This document shows positions 63,783 through 64,000 of a stretch of 64,000 nucleotides of DNA, one piece after another. The position numbers were made by a program, and so were the translations under genes. Source of the stretch: Monocercomonoides exilis PA203 (lineage: Eukaryota > Protista > Preaxostyla); assembly GCA_001643675.2 (NCBI GenBank), contig LSRY02000024.1, positions 496,001-560,000 on the forward strand. Direction: 5' to 3'. The notes below the pieces were generated by a model. It ran no database searches. It was given only the letters and a program-made list of their open reading frames with translations, and was not told the DNA's origin. How positions within the stretch are numbered: the stretch's first letter is position 1; the number at the start of each line of letters is the position of its first letter.

Positions 63783-64000
63783 AGTGAAAATGAAGAGAAA
63801 GAAGAGAAAGGAATGAACAATTAGAGAATTATTCATTGCTTAACTTTAATTACCTCTGATCTTATAAATTTAAAAAAAAAATTTGATTGAAAAAGAGAAA
63901 GAAAACAATCAATGAAAAGCATGCAGCTAAAAAAAAAGAAAGATTCATTTTGGAAAGAAGATTGTATCTTTGAGTTTTATAAATTAAATTTCTATTTCCT

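Overview
AT-rich eukaryotic DNA with short GT-AG (and probably GC-AG) introns and the standard genetic code. The gene families suggest an oxymonad such as Monocercomonoides (inference, no search run). Contents: two inverted paralogues of a giant Cys/Gly-rich surface protein, the complete one ending in TM plus a degenerate kinase domain; six dispersed copies of a 3-exon alpha-helical family with a patchwork of shared tracts; a dead Tc1 (DD34E) transposase and several MITE-like inverted repeats; an RRM gene; a bacterial-type PEP-synthase/PPDK_N-like gene with low-complexity inserts; a TM-pseudokinase; a Kelch/Cys-rich membrane protein; and an MFS sugar porter. Best candidate for something new: a 482-bp TIR element with a perfect 8-bp target-site duplication (13887-14368) inside an RRM coding exon. 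A GC donor in its left TIR and an AG formed at the end of the second TSD copy would splice it out and restore the original reading frame exactly, making it an introner-like transposon.
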